Notes under the pieces: generated by a model | What the model was told of the DNA's origin: nothing | Databases searched by the model: none | Seen by the model: only the letters and a program-made list of their open reading frames with translations | In this document: piece after piece, positions 19,595 to 30,345 of the stretch | Layout: each line of letters starts with the position of its first letter | How positions within the stretch are numbered: the first letter of the stretch is position 1 | Assembly (NCBI GenBank): GCA_963786935.1 | Contig: CAWBAN010000005.1 | Location: forward strand, 238,642-302,641 | Direction of reading: 5' to 3' | Source of the DNA: an uncultured bacterium | Lineage (GTDB): Bacteria > Krumholzibacteriota > Krumholzibacteriia > Krumholzibacteriales > Krumholzibacteriaceae | Length of the DNA: 64,000 nucleotides | Position numbers and translations under genes: made by a program

Positions 19595-20677
19595 CTATTT
19601 GAACAATGCGTCCAGCGTCCGCACCCAACGACGCGGATGCCTTCTGTCCTGACTCTCATAGCGATACAATACGAGAATGGCGAGCGCGATGCTTGCCAGG
19701 ATGAGCACGTAGTTCAGAAACTCCGGCACGGCCGCATAGAAATTCAACACGCCCACCGCCTTCACGCAGTAGAGGTGCACCACGAAGGCCAGCAAGGCGT
19801 GACGGCCGAGGAGAGCGACCCCGGGGTAGAAAGGCATCGCTCGTATCACCCGCCAAAATCTCATCGTCCCGAGCAGGATCGTCGTTATGATCGGCGCCTG
19901 GTAGAGAAGTCCGAACACATTCAAAGGATGCGTCGAGACAAGGCGGCCGGGAAAAATCTTTCCGTGCAGAAGGGTCATCGTTATGATCAGCGCCGCGCAA
20001 CTTGCGATGAGCCACCCGTTCAGGTTGCGGGGGCCGAGCCTGCCGCCGGCGTACACGGCTTTCCCCCACGCGCAGCCCGCGACGAAGTAGAGCTGAATAA
20101 CCAGGAACGGGAACACCGCCGGGTCGCCCGGATCCAATAGGTGCGGCGAGAAATTGCCCAACGCGAACAATGCGGCGCTCGCGACGAAGAGCGCCCAATC
20201 GAGCTTTGCCCCGAACAGGAACAGAATGAGCGGGCTCGCGAGGAACAGAGGAATAAATGTCGGAAGGATGTGCACGACTCCGATCTGGTTCATAAAGGCG
20301 GCCGATTTCAAAACGAAGAGCCACAGCGGTTCCTCGCGGCCGACGCTTCCGTAACGGATCACGTGAAGAGGAACATTCACGGTGACGATGACGATATATT
20401 GAATCGCGAGAATCTGCAACGCCCTCCCCCAAAGCCGCCGCGACGTTTCCCGGCGGTCCCGCAGATAACCCGCGAAATAGTGCTGCCCGATCATGAAGCC
20501 CGCCAACAGCACGAATAGCGCCATTGCGGTTTCCGTATAGCTGACCAGCTTGTCCAGAATCGACGGGAAGTAGCGAGAGAGGTGGCTCACCATCATCTCG
20601 ATGATCGCGAAACCTCTGAGAAAATCGATTGTCTCGATTCTCCCGGCCGTTGCTTCTTCCGAACCTGATTTTTCCAA
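19595..20677 (-). CDS. OpgC-like membrane acyl/succinyltransferase
   Basis: RI..IDFLRG.AI..M..SH, FVLLAG, ILP, LGRHAL..FVVH; multi-TM. Confidence 0.75.
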   Translation of the reverse strand: MEKSGSEEATAGRIETIDFLRGFAIIEMMVSHLSRYFPSILDKLVSYTETAMALFVLLAGFMIGQHYFAGYLRDRRETSRRLWGRALQILAIQYIVIVTVNVPLHVIRYGSVGREEPLWLFVLKSAAFMNQIGVVHILPTFIPLFLASPLILFLFGAKLDWALFVASAALFALGNFSPHLLDPGDPAVFPFLVIQLYFVAGCAWGKAVYAGGRLGPRNLNGWLIASCAALIITMTLLHGKIFPGRLVSTHPLNVFGLLYQAPIITTILLGTMRFWRVIRAMPFYPGVALLGRHALLAFVVHLYCVKAVGVLNFYAAVPEFLNYVLILASIALAILVLYRYESQDRRHPRRWVRTLDALFK

Positions 20678-20716
20678 AGCGTTCTTGGCCTCCGCATGAG
20701 CCGTGAAGAGCAGAAA

Positions 20717-22177
20717 TCAAGCGAGTTGAGGTTCGCCGGGTCGCTCCATGTCAAGAGAAACCAGATACACGAGCCGGTTGATGATGATCAGGTGCCACAG
20801 AAGCGGCGTGTAGAGGAGTTCGTAAAAAAACGCGGAAACGAGAATCGCAAGAAGGGCGGCGTTCAGTCCCTTGGACACGGCGATCACGGCGGATGGCTGA
20901 AGAAAGATGTCATGACGGAAATCGTCCCGTGCCTGGTTGCCGGCGAATCGTTCGGCGTTTTTTCGAGTCCGCCGGTTCGTCTTGATGAAGTCGGCGAGGA
21001 GGAACCACATAGCCACGGCACCAACAAGCCCATACTCACACAGGACGGACAGCGGCGCGCAATGGAGTGCTCTGCCCCACATCTTCCCGGGAGTGTACCC
21101 TGCGGAAATAGCTTCACCATAGCCCACGACTCGAAAGATCGCGATGCCGAAATTCCCGGTGCCGACGCCGAAGATAGGGCTGCTCAGAAACTCCCGCCAT
21201 CCCCATCCCCAGAGGATCTTTCTGTCGAGACCGGTGCCCCCCTTGGTTCCCTCATTGGAGATCGTCTGCATGGTCGCCCAATATCGATGAGCGAGCTCTG
21301 GAGCAACGTTGATGAACACGAGAACCATTGCCGCCACCGCGACGGCCATGAGAATCTTGCGCTTTGTATTGAGCCAGAGATTGCCGATCACGGCGATGAA
21401 GGCGAGAAACACGCCGCGCCCGAAGGAGATGATGATTCCGACGATACAGAAGATCACCGTGGCAATGGTCAGCAGCTTCAAGAGCCGGCCCGGCAAAGCA
21501 TGGTAGAGGAAAAAGGCGTATACAAATCCCATCACCATCAAGGGCCCGAATCCATCGCGGTTTGCGAAATGTATATGCCAGTAAACGATTTGGCGGGTGC
21601 CTGGATCGATATCGCTGGCGATCGGTGTCAGCTTGAGACTGACCAATCCCCAGATGCCGTAGTACAAGAACATGAAGAAGTACAATCGGAGGATCGTGGC
21701 GGCTCTTTTCGGGGTGTTGCAGAAGCTGAGCGTCAAGAGCCCCAGAGCGTAGTACTGGAACATTTGACGAACGATGAGCCGCGCGATGCCCCAGTTCCCG
21801 AACACGAACGCGATCACGGTCCCGAACAGCGTCAGACCGAAGAATACCGTAAACCATTTCACGTGTCTCTTCGGGGCCGGGGAAAAAAACCATCGGATAC
21901 ATGTTGCGAAAAGCAGAAGTTCAGGGACCCACTTGAGCGGCGCCAGTGCCGGAATATAATGGGTTATCAGTCGCGCAGGCTCGAACAGAAAGAGAAACCA
22001 GAGGCAGATAACCAGCCGATTATCCAGCACGTACTTGCTGTCGGCGTCAGTCCCGTGCGGCGATTCCGAAGACGAGTCTGGAGCGTCCGGTATACGAGGT
22101 CCGTTCGCGGCAAACCGGAACCATCGCTGCGGCCTGCTATTCATCGAACCCTCACGCATGGGCGGCACGCTCAACAT
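20717..22177 (-). CDS. O-antigen ligase / Wzy polymerase-family membrane protein
   Basis: Multi-TM; SFGRG, R..LW, PIFGVG.GNF, H....VL.E.GLVG. Confidence 0.8.
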   Translation of the reverse strand: MLSVPPMREGSMNSRPQRWFRFAANGPRIPDAPDSSSESPHGTDADSKYVLDNRLVICLWFLFLFEPARLITHYIPALAPLKWVPELLLFATCIRWFFSPAPKRHVKWFTVFFGLTLFGTVIAFVFGNWGIARLIVRQMFQYYALGLLTLSFCNTPKRAATILRLYFFMFLYYGIWGLVSLKLTPIASDIDPGTRQIVYWHIHFANRDGFGPLMVMGFVYAFFLYHALPGRLLKLLTIATVIFCIVGIIISFGRGVFLAFIAVIGNLWLNTKRKILMAVAVAAMVLVFINVAPELAHRYWATMQTISNEGTKGGTGLDRKILWGWGWREFLSSPIFGVGTGNFGIAIFRVVGYGEAISAGYTPGKMWGRALHCAPLSVLCEYGLVGAVAMWFLLADFIKTNRRTRKNAERFAGNQARDDFRHDIFLQPSAVIAVSKGLNAALLAILVSAFFYELLYTPLLWHLIIINRLVYLVSLDMERPGEPQLA

Positions 22178-22339
22178 GGGCTCTCATCGGAAAGGGATAC
22201 TATGGAAATATCGAATCCCTGTCAAGATGTTCACGTGGAGTGAATTACGGCGCGAGAACCGTTTTCCGCGAGATCGTTTCCTTGCCCGCCGGGTCAAGCG
22301 TCATAACGGGCTTGATTGCAGTGCGAAAAGTCAGGCATA

Positions 22340-23494
22340 ATGAGCCCACGTATGCTCCTTCTCTTTTACATCAGCCTCGGAGTCATCCTCTACGCCTATT
22401 TCGGCTATCCCCTGCTCCTGATGTTCCGGAAGCTCGTCGGCGGCAGGCCCGTCATGAAAAAGGATATTCTGCCGATGATCTCGGTGCTCATACCCGTCCA
22501 CAACGAGGAACGGCACGTCGAGCGGAAGATCGGGAATCTGCTGGAGTCGGACTATCCGCGGGACAGGATGGAGATCATCGTCGGGTGCGACGGCTCGACG
22601 GACGGCACGCTCGCGATCATCGAGCGGCTGGCCGCGGAGGGCGCGATCCGGTATTGCGCGTCGCCCGAGCGGATCGGCAAACCCGCCATGCTCAATATGC
22701 TGGCGCGGGAGGCGGGAGGGGAGATCTACGTTTTCGCGGATGCGCGCCAGCGCTTCGAGCGGGGGGCGATCCGGGAGCTGGTACGGTGCTTCGGCGACGA
22801 GAGCGTGGGATGCGTGAGCGGTGAGCTCGTCATCGAGGATACGACGGAAGGCAGCGGCCGCGGCGTCGGGCTCTACTGGAAATACGAGGTATGGCTGCGG
22901 AAGATGGAGAGCGATACTGGCTCGATGCTGGGGGCGACGGGTGCGATCTACGCGATTCGCAAGGAATTCTTCCACCCCTTGCCCGAGGATGTGCTGCTGG
23001 ACGACGTTTTCACGCCGCTGAACGCGATCATGGCGAAGAAGCGGGCCGTCCTCGAACCCTCGGCCCGCGCGTTCGACACGGTGTCGGAGAGCACGGAGAA
23101 GGAGTTCATGCGCAAGGTCCGGACGCTCGTCGGCAATTTTCAAATCTTTTCGCTATTCACCGCGGCCTTCGATCCGTCCCGGAGCCCCATCGCGTGGCAG
23201 CTCTTCTCCCATAAATTCCTGCGGCTGACGCTCTCCTATTTTCTCGCTTTATTGTTCATCTCGAGCGCTTTCCTCGCGCAGACCGGTCTCGCCTTTCGCG
23301 CGCTGCTGTTCCTGCAGGCCGCTTTCTATGCGCTGGCCGTGGCCGGCCATTTTCTGGAGAGAACCGGGACGAGAATCTCGGGTATTACGCGACTCTTATA
23401 CGTCCCCTATGAGTTCTGCGTGTTGAATGCCGCGGCGGTCGTGGCCCTCTTCAAGTATCTGTCGGGGGGCATGGACGTGAGATGGCATAAGTAG
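22340..23494 (+). CDS. glycosyltransferase family 2
   Basis: IPVHNEE, DGSTD, GK, FADA, YW.YE, GATGAIYAIR, DD. Confidence 0.92.
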   Translation: MSPRMLLLFYISLGVILYAYFGYPLLLMFRKLVGGRPVMKKDILPMISVLIPVHNEERHVERKIGNLLESDYPRDRMEIIVGCDGSTDGTLAIIERLAAEGAIRYCASPERIGKPAMLNMLAREAGGEIYVFADARQRFERGAIRELVRCFGDESVGCVSGELVIEDTTEGSGRGVGLYWKYEVWLRKMESDTGSMLGATGAIYAIRKEFFHPLPEDVLLDDVFTPLNAIMAKKRAVLEPSARAFDTVSESTEKEFMRKVRTLVGNFQIFSLFTAAFDPSRSPIAWQLFSHKFLRLTLSYFLALLFISSAFLAQTGLAFRALLFLQAAFYALAVAGHFLERTGTRISGITRLLYVPYEFCVLNAAAVVALFKYLSGGMDVRWHK

Positions 23495-23549
23495 GGCGTC
23501 GGCCTGCCGCGCATGCGCCCCGCGGCGGATCAGGCCCCCCCGCGGCGTC

Positions 23550-24197
23550 TCAGGCGTCCCCCGCGAGGAACGGATTCTCCCGCTTCTCCTCGCCGATCGT
23601 CGTGCGCGGCCCGTGCCCGCAGTAGACGATCGTCGCGTCGGGGAGGGTGAAGAGCTCGTTCCGGATCGAGGCGAGGAGCGTTTCCAGATCCCCGCCCTCG
23701 AAATCGGTCCTGCCGATCGAGCGGCAGAAGAGCGTGTCTCCGGCGAGGACGAATCCGTCGAAGAGGATCGATATCCCCCCCGGCGTGTGCCCCGGCGTGT
23801 GGAGCACCTTCCCCCGCGCCGCGCCGAAGACGATCTCGTCCCCGGCCGCGAGCACGCGATCGACCTTCGGCTCCCTGATCCGCCCCATGCCCCAGAACGG
23901 CGCCTCCTTGACGGAGAGCTTCGCGATGCGCAGGTCGTCCTGGTGGAGCGCGAACGGAACGCGATAGCGCTCCTGGAGCTCGAATACGGATGCGATATGA
24001 TCGCTGTGCCCGTGCGTGCTCACGATCGCGACCGGCTCGAGCCGCGTTTCCTCGACGAACGTCTCGACGAGGTCGGGATCGCCCCCCGGATCGACGATGA
24101 TCGCCTTCCGCGTTTCGGGGCACGAGAGAATGTAGCAGTTCGTCTCGATGGGGCCGACGACCCTGCACGCGACGCGAACATCGCTTGTTCCGCTCAT
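23550..24197 (-). CDS. MBL-fold metallo-hydrolase (glyoxalase II-like)
   Basis: THGHSDH, HTPGHT, GDTLF, GHG. Confidence 0.92.
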   Translation of the reverse strand: MSGTSDVRVACRVVGPIETNCYILSCPETRKAIIVDPGGDPDLVETFVEETRLEPVAIVSTHGHSDHIASVFELQERYRVPFALHQDDLRIAKLSVKEAPFWGMGRIREPKVDRVLAAGDEIVFGAARGKVLHTPGHTPGGISILFDGFVLAGDTLFCRSIGRTDFEGGDLETLLASIRNELFTLPDATIVYCGHGPRTTIGEEKRENPFLAGDA

Positions 24198-24205
24198 ACG
24201 TTTCC

Positions 24206-24418
24206 TCACTTCGTTCGCTTCCGGGGATCCGCCGGGCACGCGAGCGCCCCCGTCGGGCAGACGAGCGCCGCGACGCCGCACGGGCGGCAGCGCTCGCGCG
24301 CGACGACGAGCTCGAGCCCCTCGACGACGAGCGCCTCGGCGGGGCAGGCCGAAACGCACGCGCCGCAGACGACGCAGCGGGCGCGGTCGACCGTCAATTC
24401 TTCGGAGGAGCCCTTCAT
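24206..24418 (-). CDS. 4Fe-4S dicluster-type ferredoxin
   Basis: CVVCGACVSACP and CRPCGVAALVCP (one Cys replaced by Ala); ATGA overlap with the upstream reductase. Confidence 0.85.
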   Translation of the reverse strand: MKGSSEELTVDRARCVVCGACVSACPAEALVVEGLELVVARERCRPCGVAALVCPTGALACPADPRKRTK

Positions 24419-25626
24419 CCTTTTCTCCCGGCGAGCCATTTGCCGGCGAATTGTATCAAAAGCCGCGGATTCGCCGCAACGAGGGCGCGCACCATGAGGA
24501 GCGGCTTGATGCCCTTCTCGTCGAAGATGCCCGGCACGCGCGAGAGCTCCCGGGCCATGCGCGACATCTCGTCGTCGGGGAGCGCGTAGAATATGCGCGC
24601 CGCGTGGTGGAAGGCGTCGTTCGTCTTCCCGACGGCGCGTTCCCACTCGCGCGTGTACGCGCCGAGGTCCTTCGCCGAGGAGCTTCCCCGCGCGAGCGCG
24701 GGGAGGATGGCCGCGGCCGCCATGTCGGCCGCTTCGAGCGCGTTGACGATGCCTCCCCCCGAAAAGGGATTGTTCTGGTTCGCCGCCTCGCCGACCGCGA
24801 CGAATCCGTCCGCGGCGAGCGAGCGCATGCCGCGCGCCACGGCGCATCCGCCGATGACGAGGCGCGCGCGCCTGCCGCCCGGCGCGCGGCGGGCGAGAAA
24901 GACCTCGAGGTATTCGAGGGCCGTTTTTCCGGCCGCGCGCAGCGGATTGATCCCGACGCCGACGTTCGCCCGCCCCGGCCCCTTCGGAAACACCCACGCG
25001 TAGCCTCCCGGCGCGAAGGCCGCGCCGAGATGGAACTCGATGCGGCGCCCCGGGACCTCGATCCCTTCCACGAGCGCCTCGGCGCAGGCGAAGATCTCGT
25101 CGGGACGGAAGCTCTTCTTCAGGCCGGCCCACCGCGGGGAGAGCGATTCGACCCCGTCCGCCCCGACGGTGACCTCCGCCGCCGCCTCGTACTCGGCGCC
25201 GCTCGCGAGATCCTTCACCCGCGCGCCGCGGACGTGGTTCCCCTCGCGGATGAGCCCCGTCGCCTGATGGCCGGTGCGCAGCTCCGCGCCGGCGGCGACG
25301 GCCGCCTCGGCGAGGCGCCGGTCGAAGAGCTCGCGGTCGACGACGAATCCGATCCCCGGCATATCGCGCTCGAATCTCGTTCCGTCGGGCGCGACGATGA
25401 GGAAGCCGTCGATGGGGGAGGAGACGATGTCGTCGTCGAGCGCGAGGTACCGTTCGACGTCCTCGCGCGGCCCCACGGCCTCCGCGCAGCGGACGGGAAA
25501 GCCGACGCGCGGGCGCTTCTCGAGGAGCAGCGCGCGCCGGCCGCCCCGGGCGATCTGCGCGGCGGCCCTCGAGCCGGCCGGCCCCGCGCCGATCACGACG
25601 ACGTCGAAACGGGAGTTCACGGTCAT
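24415..25626 (-). CDS. geranylgeranyl reductase / DGGR-family flavoprotein
   Basis: GAGPAG, CAE, R..FD, GADG, YAWVFP, GEAA...P..GGGI. Confidence 0.88.
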   Translation of the reverse strand: MTVNSRFDVVVIGAGPAGSRAAAQIARGGRRALLLEKRPRVGFPVRCAEAVGPREDVERYLALDDDIVSSPIDGFLIVAPDGTRFERDMPGIGFVVDRELFDRRLAEAAVAAGAELRTGHQATGLIREGNHVRGARVKDLASGAEYEAAAEVTVGADGVESLSPRWAGLKKSFRPDEIFACAEALVEGIEVPGRRIEFHLGAAFAPGGYAWVFPKGPGRANVGVGINPLRAAGKTALEYLEVFLARRAPGGRRARLVIGGCAVARGMRSLAADGFVAVGEAANQNNPFSGGGIVNALEAADMAAAAILPALARGSSSAKDLGAYTREWERAVGKTNDAFHHAARIFYALPDDEMSRMARELSRVPGIFDEKGIKPLLMVRALVAANPRLLIQFAGKWLAGRKG

Positions 25627-26384
25627 AGATAATAGGAAAAGTTGAGCGACAGGATGAAGCCCGTATAGCTGAGATCGAAGTTGCCGCCGTGAATTTCGAA
25701 CTTGCTCTGGCCCATCTGGTATTTCCCCTCGAGCCCCGCCGCGAACCTGTTCGTGATGAAGTAGCTCAGTCCCATCTCCAAATGCAGGCCCGCCTGAAGG
25801 CTGCTCTGATCGACGTTCTCGCCCGGGTTGTCGAACGGTTCGCCGTCGCTCGTCCAGCTCTTCGTTTCGAGGCTCACCATGGGGACCAGCGCCGAGAATC
25901 CGGCCCCGACGAAGGGGGAGAGGCTCTGCGGCGCGGGAGGAACGAAGTAGTACGAGAATCCCACCTCGAAGGAGAGGAGGTACACATCGAGCGTCCGCTG
26001 GATATCGAGAGGAATCTTGTTATCCACGGAATCGCCGGTGTCCGCGATGTAGTTTCCGTCGCTCGAGGTGCTGATGTAGGTGAGCGCCGCGCTTCCCTTG
26101 AAAAAGTGATTGGGCGTGAGCGGCCGCTCATAGGTGAGCCGCATGTGCGGCGCGGGAGAGAGATCCTCGAAGGTGTCCATCCCGTTCCGCTCCATCGCCC
26201 ACTGGTTCAAATGATCGGTCAGATAGGTGAAATCCGCTCCGTCGAGGAATCCGATGGAGAGGGTGAGGCCGTTCGGCGGTATGGGGCCGAAGAGTTTCTT
26301 TTCCTTGAATATCGGGGGCGCGCCGTGCGCGGTGGAACAGGCGAGCACAGATACGACGACGACGAGGATCGCGAATTTTTTCAT
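25623..26384 (-). CDS. outer-membrane beta-barrel protein
   Basis: Signal peptide, alternating amphipathic strands, C-terminal FSYYL. Confidence 0.65.
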   Translation of the reverse strand: MKKFAILVVVVSVLACSTAHGAPPIFKEKKLFGPIPPNGLTLSIGFLDGADFTYLTDHLNQWAMERNGMDTFEDLSPAPHMRLTYERPLTPNHFFKGSAALTYISTSSDGNYIADTGDSVDNKIPLDIQRTLDVYLLSFEVGFSYYFVPPAPQSLSPFVGAGFSALVPMVSLETKSWTSDGEPFDNPGENVDQSSLQAGLHLEMGLSYFITNRFAAGLEGKYQMGQSKFEIHGGNFDLSYTGFILSLNFSYYL

Positions 26385-26443
26385 GAACGCTCCATTCTCT
26401 CTATTAACCCGGCCCCTTCGGGTTCCCTCAGCCACACAATAAT

Positions 26444-26526
26444 AAGGTAATCGTTGCGCATTCCGTTGTCAAATGCAACCTTAGGCTCGCTGATGCCTTG
26501 ACAAAGGCGTCCGCGGGGCGTATGGT
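26444..26526. promoter_or_regulatory. divergent sigma70 promoters
   Basis: Plus strand TTGACA(26498)-17-TATGGT(26521); minus strand TTGACA(26472)-17-TACCTT(26449). Confidence 0.65.
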
Positions 26527-26550
26527 GAAATCCTCGCGGGGGCGGGAATT

Positions 26551-27072
26551 ATGAAAACGGTTCTTTTCGTCTGCACGGGAAACAGCTGCCGCAGCCCGAT
26601 GGCGCGCGGGCTCGCCGCTTCGCGTCTTCCGGAGCGCTGGCGGGGGAAGATGGGCTTCGCCTCGGCGGGCACCGCGGCGTACGACGGGATGCGGGCGGCG
26701 GAAAACGCCGTTCTGGTCCTCAAGGAGATCGGGATCGACATTTCCGGGCACCGCGCGCGGCTTCTCACGAGCGAAATGGTGTCGAATTCGGCCCTCGTCG
26801 TCGCGATGGCGCGCCGCCACCGGGAGGATATTCTCCGCATCGCGCCGGGCTCGGAGGACAAGGTGATCGTTCTCGGCGAGCTCGATCCGGACCGGGAGAG
26901 CCCCGACGTCGAGGATCCGATCGGCGGGGACGAGGCGGTCTACCGGCGCACGAGGGAGGAGATCGCGGGGCTCGTTTCCCTTCTCTTCGACCATCTCGAT
27001 TTCAGACATTCTGGAATTATCAACCCAAAACGTAAAAAAGGGGATTGCGGGCCGGGCGGGGGCGGGTTATAA
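26551..27072 (+). CDS. low-molecular-weight protein phosphatase (YwlE-like)
   Basis: CTGNSCRS P-loop, SAGT, DPIGG; lies upstream of rpiB-glyA. Confidence 0.88.
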   Translation: MKTVLFVCTGNSCRSPMARGLAASRLPERWRGKMGFASAGTAAYDGMRAAENAVLVLKEIGIDISGHRARLLTSEMVSNSALVVAMARRHREDILRIAPGSEDKVIVLGELDPDRESPDVEDPIGGDEAVYRRTREEIAGLVSLLFDHLDFRHSGIINPKRKKGDCGPGGGGL

Positions 27073-27073
27073 T
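27045..27073 (+). promoter_or_regulatory. sigma70 promoter for ilvE
   Basis: TTGCGG-17-TATAAT. Confidence 0.55.
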
Positions 27074-27177
27074 TTTTTCGATTCTCGACCTGACGAAACT
27101 TCAATCGTGAACGGCACTCGCGAGCGGTCCGAGCGGATTCCGGCGGTTCGACGCCCGGGAAAGAAGGAGAGGTAGCG

Positions 27178-28107
27178 ATGGCTCTGAAGCCGACGAAGAA
27201 GATCTGGATGGACGGCACATTCGTCAACTGGGACGACGCCACGATTCACGTCTGCGCGCATGTCGTTCATTACGGCACCGCGGTTTTCGAGGGCATCCGG
27301 TGCTACAACACGAAGAAGGGCCCGATGATCTTCCGTCTCCAGCCGCACATCAAGCGCCTCTACAACTCCGCGAAGATGTACCGCATGGAGCCGACGGCGA
27401 TCTCCATGGAGAAATTCATGGAGGCGTGCGTCGAGACCGTCCGCGCGAACGAGCTGAAGGAATGCTACATCCGGCCCGTCGTCTACCGCGGCTACAACGA
27501 GCTCGGCGTGTATCCGATGAACTGCCCCATCAACGCGTTCATCGTCGTGTGGGAATGGGGAAAATATCTCGGCCCCGAGGCGCTCGAGCAGGGAGTCGAC
27601 GTGTGCGTGTCGAGCTGGAACCGCATCGCGCCGAACACGCTCCCGGCCCTCGCCAAGACGGCCGCCAACTACATGAACTCGCAGCTCATCAAGATGGAAG
27701 CGCGTCTCGGCGGGTACGAGGAGGGCATCGCGCTCGACACGAACGGGTACGTGAGCGAGGGTAGCGGCGAAAACATCTTCCTCGTCTCGAACGGCAAGCT
27801 GCTCACGACGCCGCTCGGCGCGAGCGTGCTCCCCGGCATCACGCGCGACTCCGTCATCACGATCGCGAAGGAGCTCGGTATCGAGGTCCTCGAGCAGCTC
27901 ATCCCGCGCGAGATGCTCTACATCGGCGACGAGCTCTTCTTCACCGGCACCGCCGCCGAGATCACCCCGATCCGCAGCGTCGACAAGATCAGCGTCGGCA
28001 CGGGCAAGGCGGGTCCGATCACGAAGAAGCTGCAAGAAGTATTCTTCAAGTATCTGAACATGGAGACCGCCGACACGCACGGCTGGATGACGCCGGTCGG
28101 AAAGTAA
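27178..28107 (+). CDS. ilvE: branched-chain amino acid aminotransferase
   Basis: [41 protein letters not shown]. Confidence 0.96.
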   Translation: MALKPTKKIWMDGTFVNWDDATIHVCAHVVHYGTAVFEGIRCYNTKKGPMIFRLQPHIKRLYNSAKMYRMEPTAISMEKFMEACVETVRANELKECYIRPVVYRGYNELGVYPMNCPINAFIVVWEWGKYLGPEALEQGVDVCVSSWNRIAPNTLPALAKTAANYMNSQLIKMEARLGGYEEGIALDTNGYVSEGSGENIFLVSNGKLLTTPLGASVLPGITRDSVITIAKELGIEVLEQLIPREMLYIGDELFFTGTAAEITPIRSVDKISVGTGKAGPITKKLQEVFFKYLNMETADTHGWMTPVGK

Positions 28108-28129
28108 GCGGTCCCCGGGAGGAGAGGCC

Positions 28130-28573
28130 GTGAAAATCGCGATCGGCTCCGATCACCGGGGCTTCGCGCTCAAGGAGCGCCTCCGCGCCTCGCTCGCGAA
28201 GGCGGGGCACGAGGTGATCGATCTCGGGTGCTTCGGCGCCGAGTCCGTCGATTATCCCGATTTCGGCTTCGCCGTGGGGGAGGCGGTCGCCTCGGGCGGC
28301 GCGGAGCGGGGGATCGTCATTTGCGGGAGCGGCATCGGGATATCGATCGCGGCGAACAAGGTGCGCGGCGTCCGCGCGGCGCTCTGCTGCTCGGTGGAGG
28401 ACGCCCGCATGACCCGCCGGCATAACGATTCGAACGTGCTCGCGCTCTCCGAGCGCCGGTTCGACGATCCGGCCACCGACGAGCTCGTCGCGGCGTGGCT
28501 CTCCACCCCGTTCGAGGGGGGACGGCACGCGCGCCGGGTCGAGAAGATACGCGAATACGAGGAGCGATGCTGA
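28130..28573 (+). CDS. rpiB: ribose-5-phosphate isomerase B
   Basis: GSDHRG, DYPD, CGSGIG, HNDSN, FEGGRH. Confidence 0.96.
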   Translation: MKIAIGSDHRGFALKERLRASLAKAGHEVIDLGCFGAESVDYPDFGFAVGEAVASGGAERGIVICGSGIGISIAANKVRGVRAALCCSVEDARMTRRHNDSNVLALSERRFDDPATDELVAAWLSTPFEGGRHARRVEKIREYEERC

Positions 28574-29826
28574 TGTTCAACGAGAATCTGTTCCCCTACC
28601 TCGAGAAGACCGATCCGGAGATCATGGACGCCATGCGCGGGGAGCTCGCGCGCCAGCAGGGGCAGCTCGAGCTCATCGCGAGCGAGAACTTCGCGAGCCG
28701 CGCCGTGCTCGCCGCCCTCTCGAACCCGATGCAGAACAAGTACGCCGAAGGGTATCCGGGCAAGCGCTACTACGGCGGCTGCGAGTTCGTCGACCGCGCC
28801 GAGGAGCTCGCCCGCGGGCGCGCCAAGGCGCTCTTCGGGGCCCAGCACGCGAACGTCCAGCCGCACTGCGGCACCGGAGCGAACATCACGGCGTACCTCG
28901 TGTTCCTCAAGCCCGGCGACAAGATCATGGGGCTCAGCCTCTCGCACGGCGGGCATCTCTCGCACGGGCACCCGGTCAATTTCTCGGGGTCGTTCTTCAA
29001 CGTCGTGCACTACGAAGTCGATCGCGGGACGAAGACGCTCGACTACGACGCGATCGAGAAGCAGGCGCTCGCCGAGCGCCCGAAGCTCTTCGTCGCCGGC
29101 GCGAGCGCCTACTGCCGCACGTGGGATTTCGAGCGGCTCCGCGGAATCTGCGACAAAATCGGCGCGCTCCTCATGGTCGACATGGCGCACTTCGCCGGGC
29201 TCGTCGCGGCGAAGATCCATCCCGATCCGGTGCCGTACGCGGACATCGTCACCTCGACGACGCACAAGACGCTCCGCGGGCCGCGCGGCGGGCTCATCCT
29301 CTGCCCGGAGAAATACCAGAAGGACGTGGACAGGATCAATTTCCCCGGCACGCAGGGGGGGCCGTTCATGCACGTCATCGCCGCCAAGGCGGTGTGCTTC
29401 AAGGAAGCGATGTCGGAGGAGTTCCGCGCGTACCAGCGGCAGGTCGTGGCGAACGCGAAGAAGCTCTCCGGCGCGCTCATGGCGCGCGGCTTCGACGTCG
29501 TGACGGGGGGCACCGACACGCACCTGTTCCTCGTGGACCTCTCGAAGCGCGGCCTCACGGGGAAGGACGCCGAGAAGGCGCTCGAGCGCGCCGGCATGAC
29601 GGTCAACAAGAATACGGTTCCCTTCGACGAGAAGAGCCCCTTCGTCACGTCCGGTTTCCGCGTCGGCACGCCGGCGTTGACCACGCGCGGCATGAAAGAG
29701 GCCGAGATGGAGGAGCTCGGAGGCATCATGGCCTCGGTGCTCGAGGACATCACGGACGAGAAGCGGATCGCGCGCTCGCGCGAGGCGGCCGCGGCGCTCG
29801 CGAAACGGTTCCCCCTCTATGCATGA
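28567..29826 (+). CDS. glyA: serine hydroxymethyltransferase
   Basis: [31 protein letters not shown]. Confidence 0.97.
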   Translation: MLMFNENLFPYLEKTDPEIMDAMRGELARQQGQLELIASENFASRAVLAALSNPMQNKYAEGYPGKRYYGGCEFVDRAEELARGRAKALFGAQHANVQPHCGTGANITAYLVFLKPGDKIMGLSLSHGGHLSHGHPVNFSGSFFNVVHYEVDRGTKTLDYDAIEKQALAERPKLFVAGASAYCRTWDFERLRGICDKIGALLMVDMAHFAGLVAAKIHPDPVPYADIVTSTTHKTLRGPRGGLILCPEKYQKDVDRINFPGTQGGPFMHVIAAKAVCFKEAMSEEFRAYQRQVVANAKKLSGALMARGFDVVTGGTDTHLFLVDLSKRGLTGKDAEKALERAGMTVNKNTVPFDEKSPFVTSGFRVGTPALTTRGMKEAEMEELGGIMASVLEDITDEKRIARSREAAAALAKRFPLYA

Positions 29827-29859
29827 GGCGGCCGCGGGCGGCGCGGCACGGGAGCGGCC

Positions 29860-30321
29860 ATGACGGCGAGACCGAGCTGGGACGAATATTTCATGAAGAT
29901 CGCCGCGCTCGTTTCGGAGCGCTCGACGTGCTTGCGGCGGCGCGTCGGGGCGATCATCGTCACGAACAAGCGGATCATATCGACCGGTTACAACGGCGCG
30001 CCGCGCGGGCTCCGGCACTGCCTCGAGGTGGGCTGCCTGCGCGAGCAGCTCAACATCCCCTCGGGAGAGCGCCAGGAGCTCTGCCGGGGCGCGCACGCCG
30101 AGCAGAACGCCATCATCCAGGCGGCCTCGAGCGGCGTGAGCATGGAGGGCGCGACGATGTACTGCACCACCGCCCCGTGCGCCACGTGCGCCAAGATGAT
30201 CCTCAACGCCGGCATCAAGCGCCTCGTCCTCGGCGGGCGCTACCCCGACGCCCTCGGCGAAGCCCTCATCAAGGAAGCGGGGCTCGAGACCGAGTATCAG
30301 CTGATCGAGCCGGCGACCTGA
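29860..30321 (+). CDS. deoxycytidylate deaminase (ComEB-like)
   Basis: [23 protein letters not shown]. Confidence 0.93.
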   Translation: MTARPSWDEYFMKIAALVSERSTCLRRRVGAIIVTNKRIISTGYNGAPRGLRHCLEVGCLREQLNIPSGERQELCRGAHAEQNAIIQAASSGVSMEGATMYCTTAPCATCAKMILNAGIKRLVLGGRYPDALGEALIKEAGLETEYQLIEPAT

Positions 30322-30345
30322 GCGCTTCCGGCAGGGAGGTAGTCG

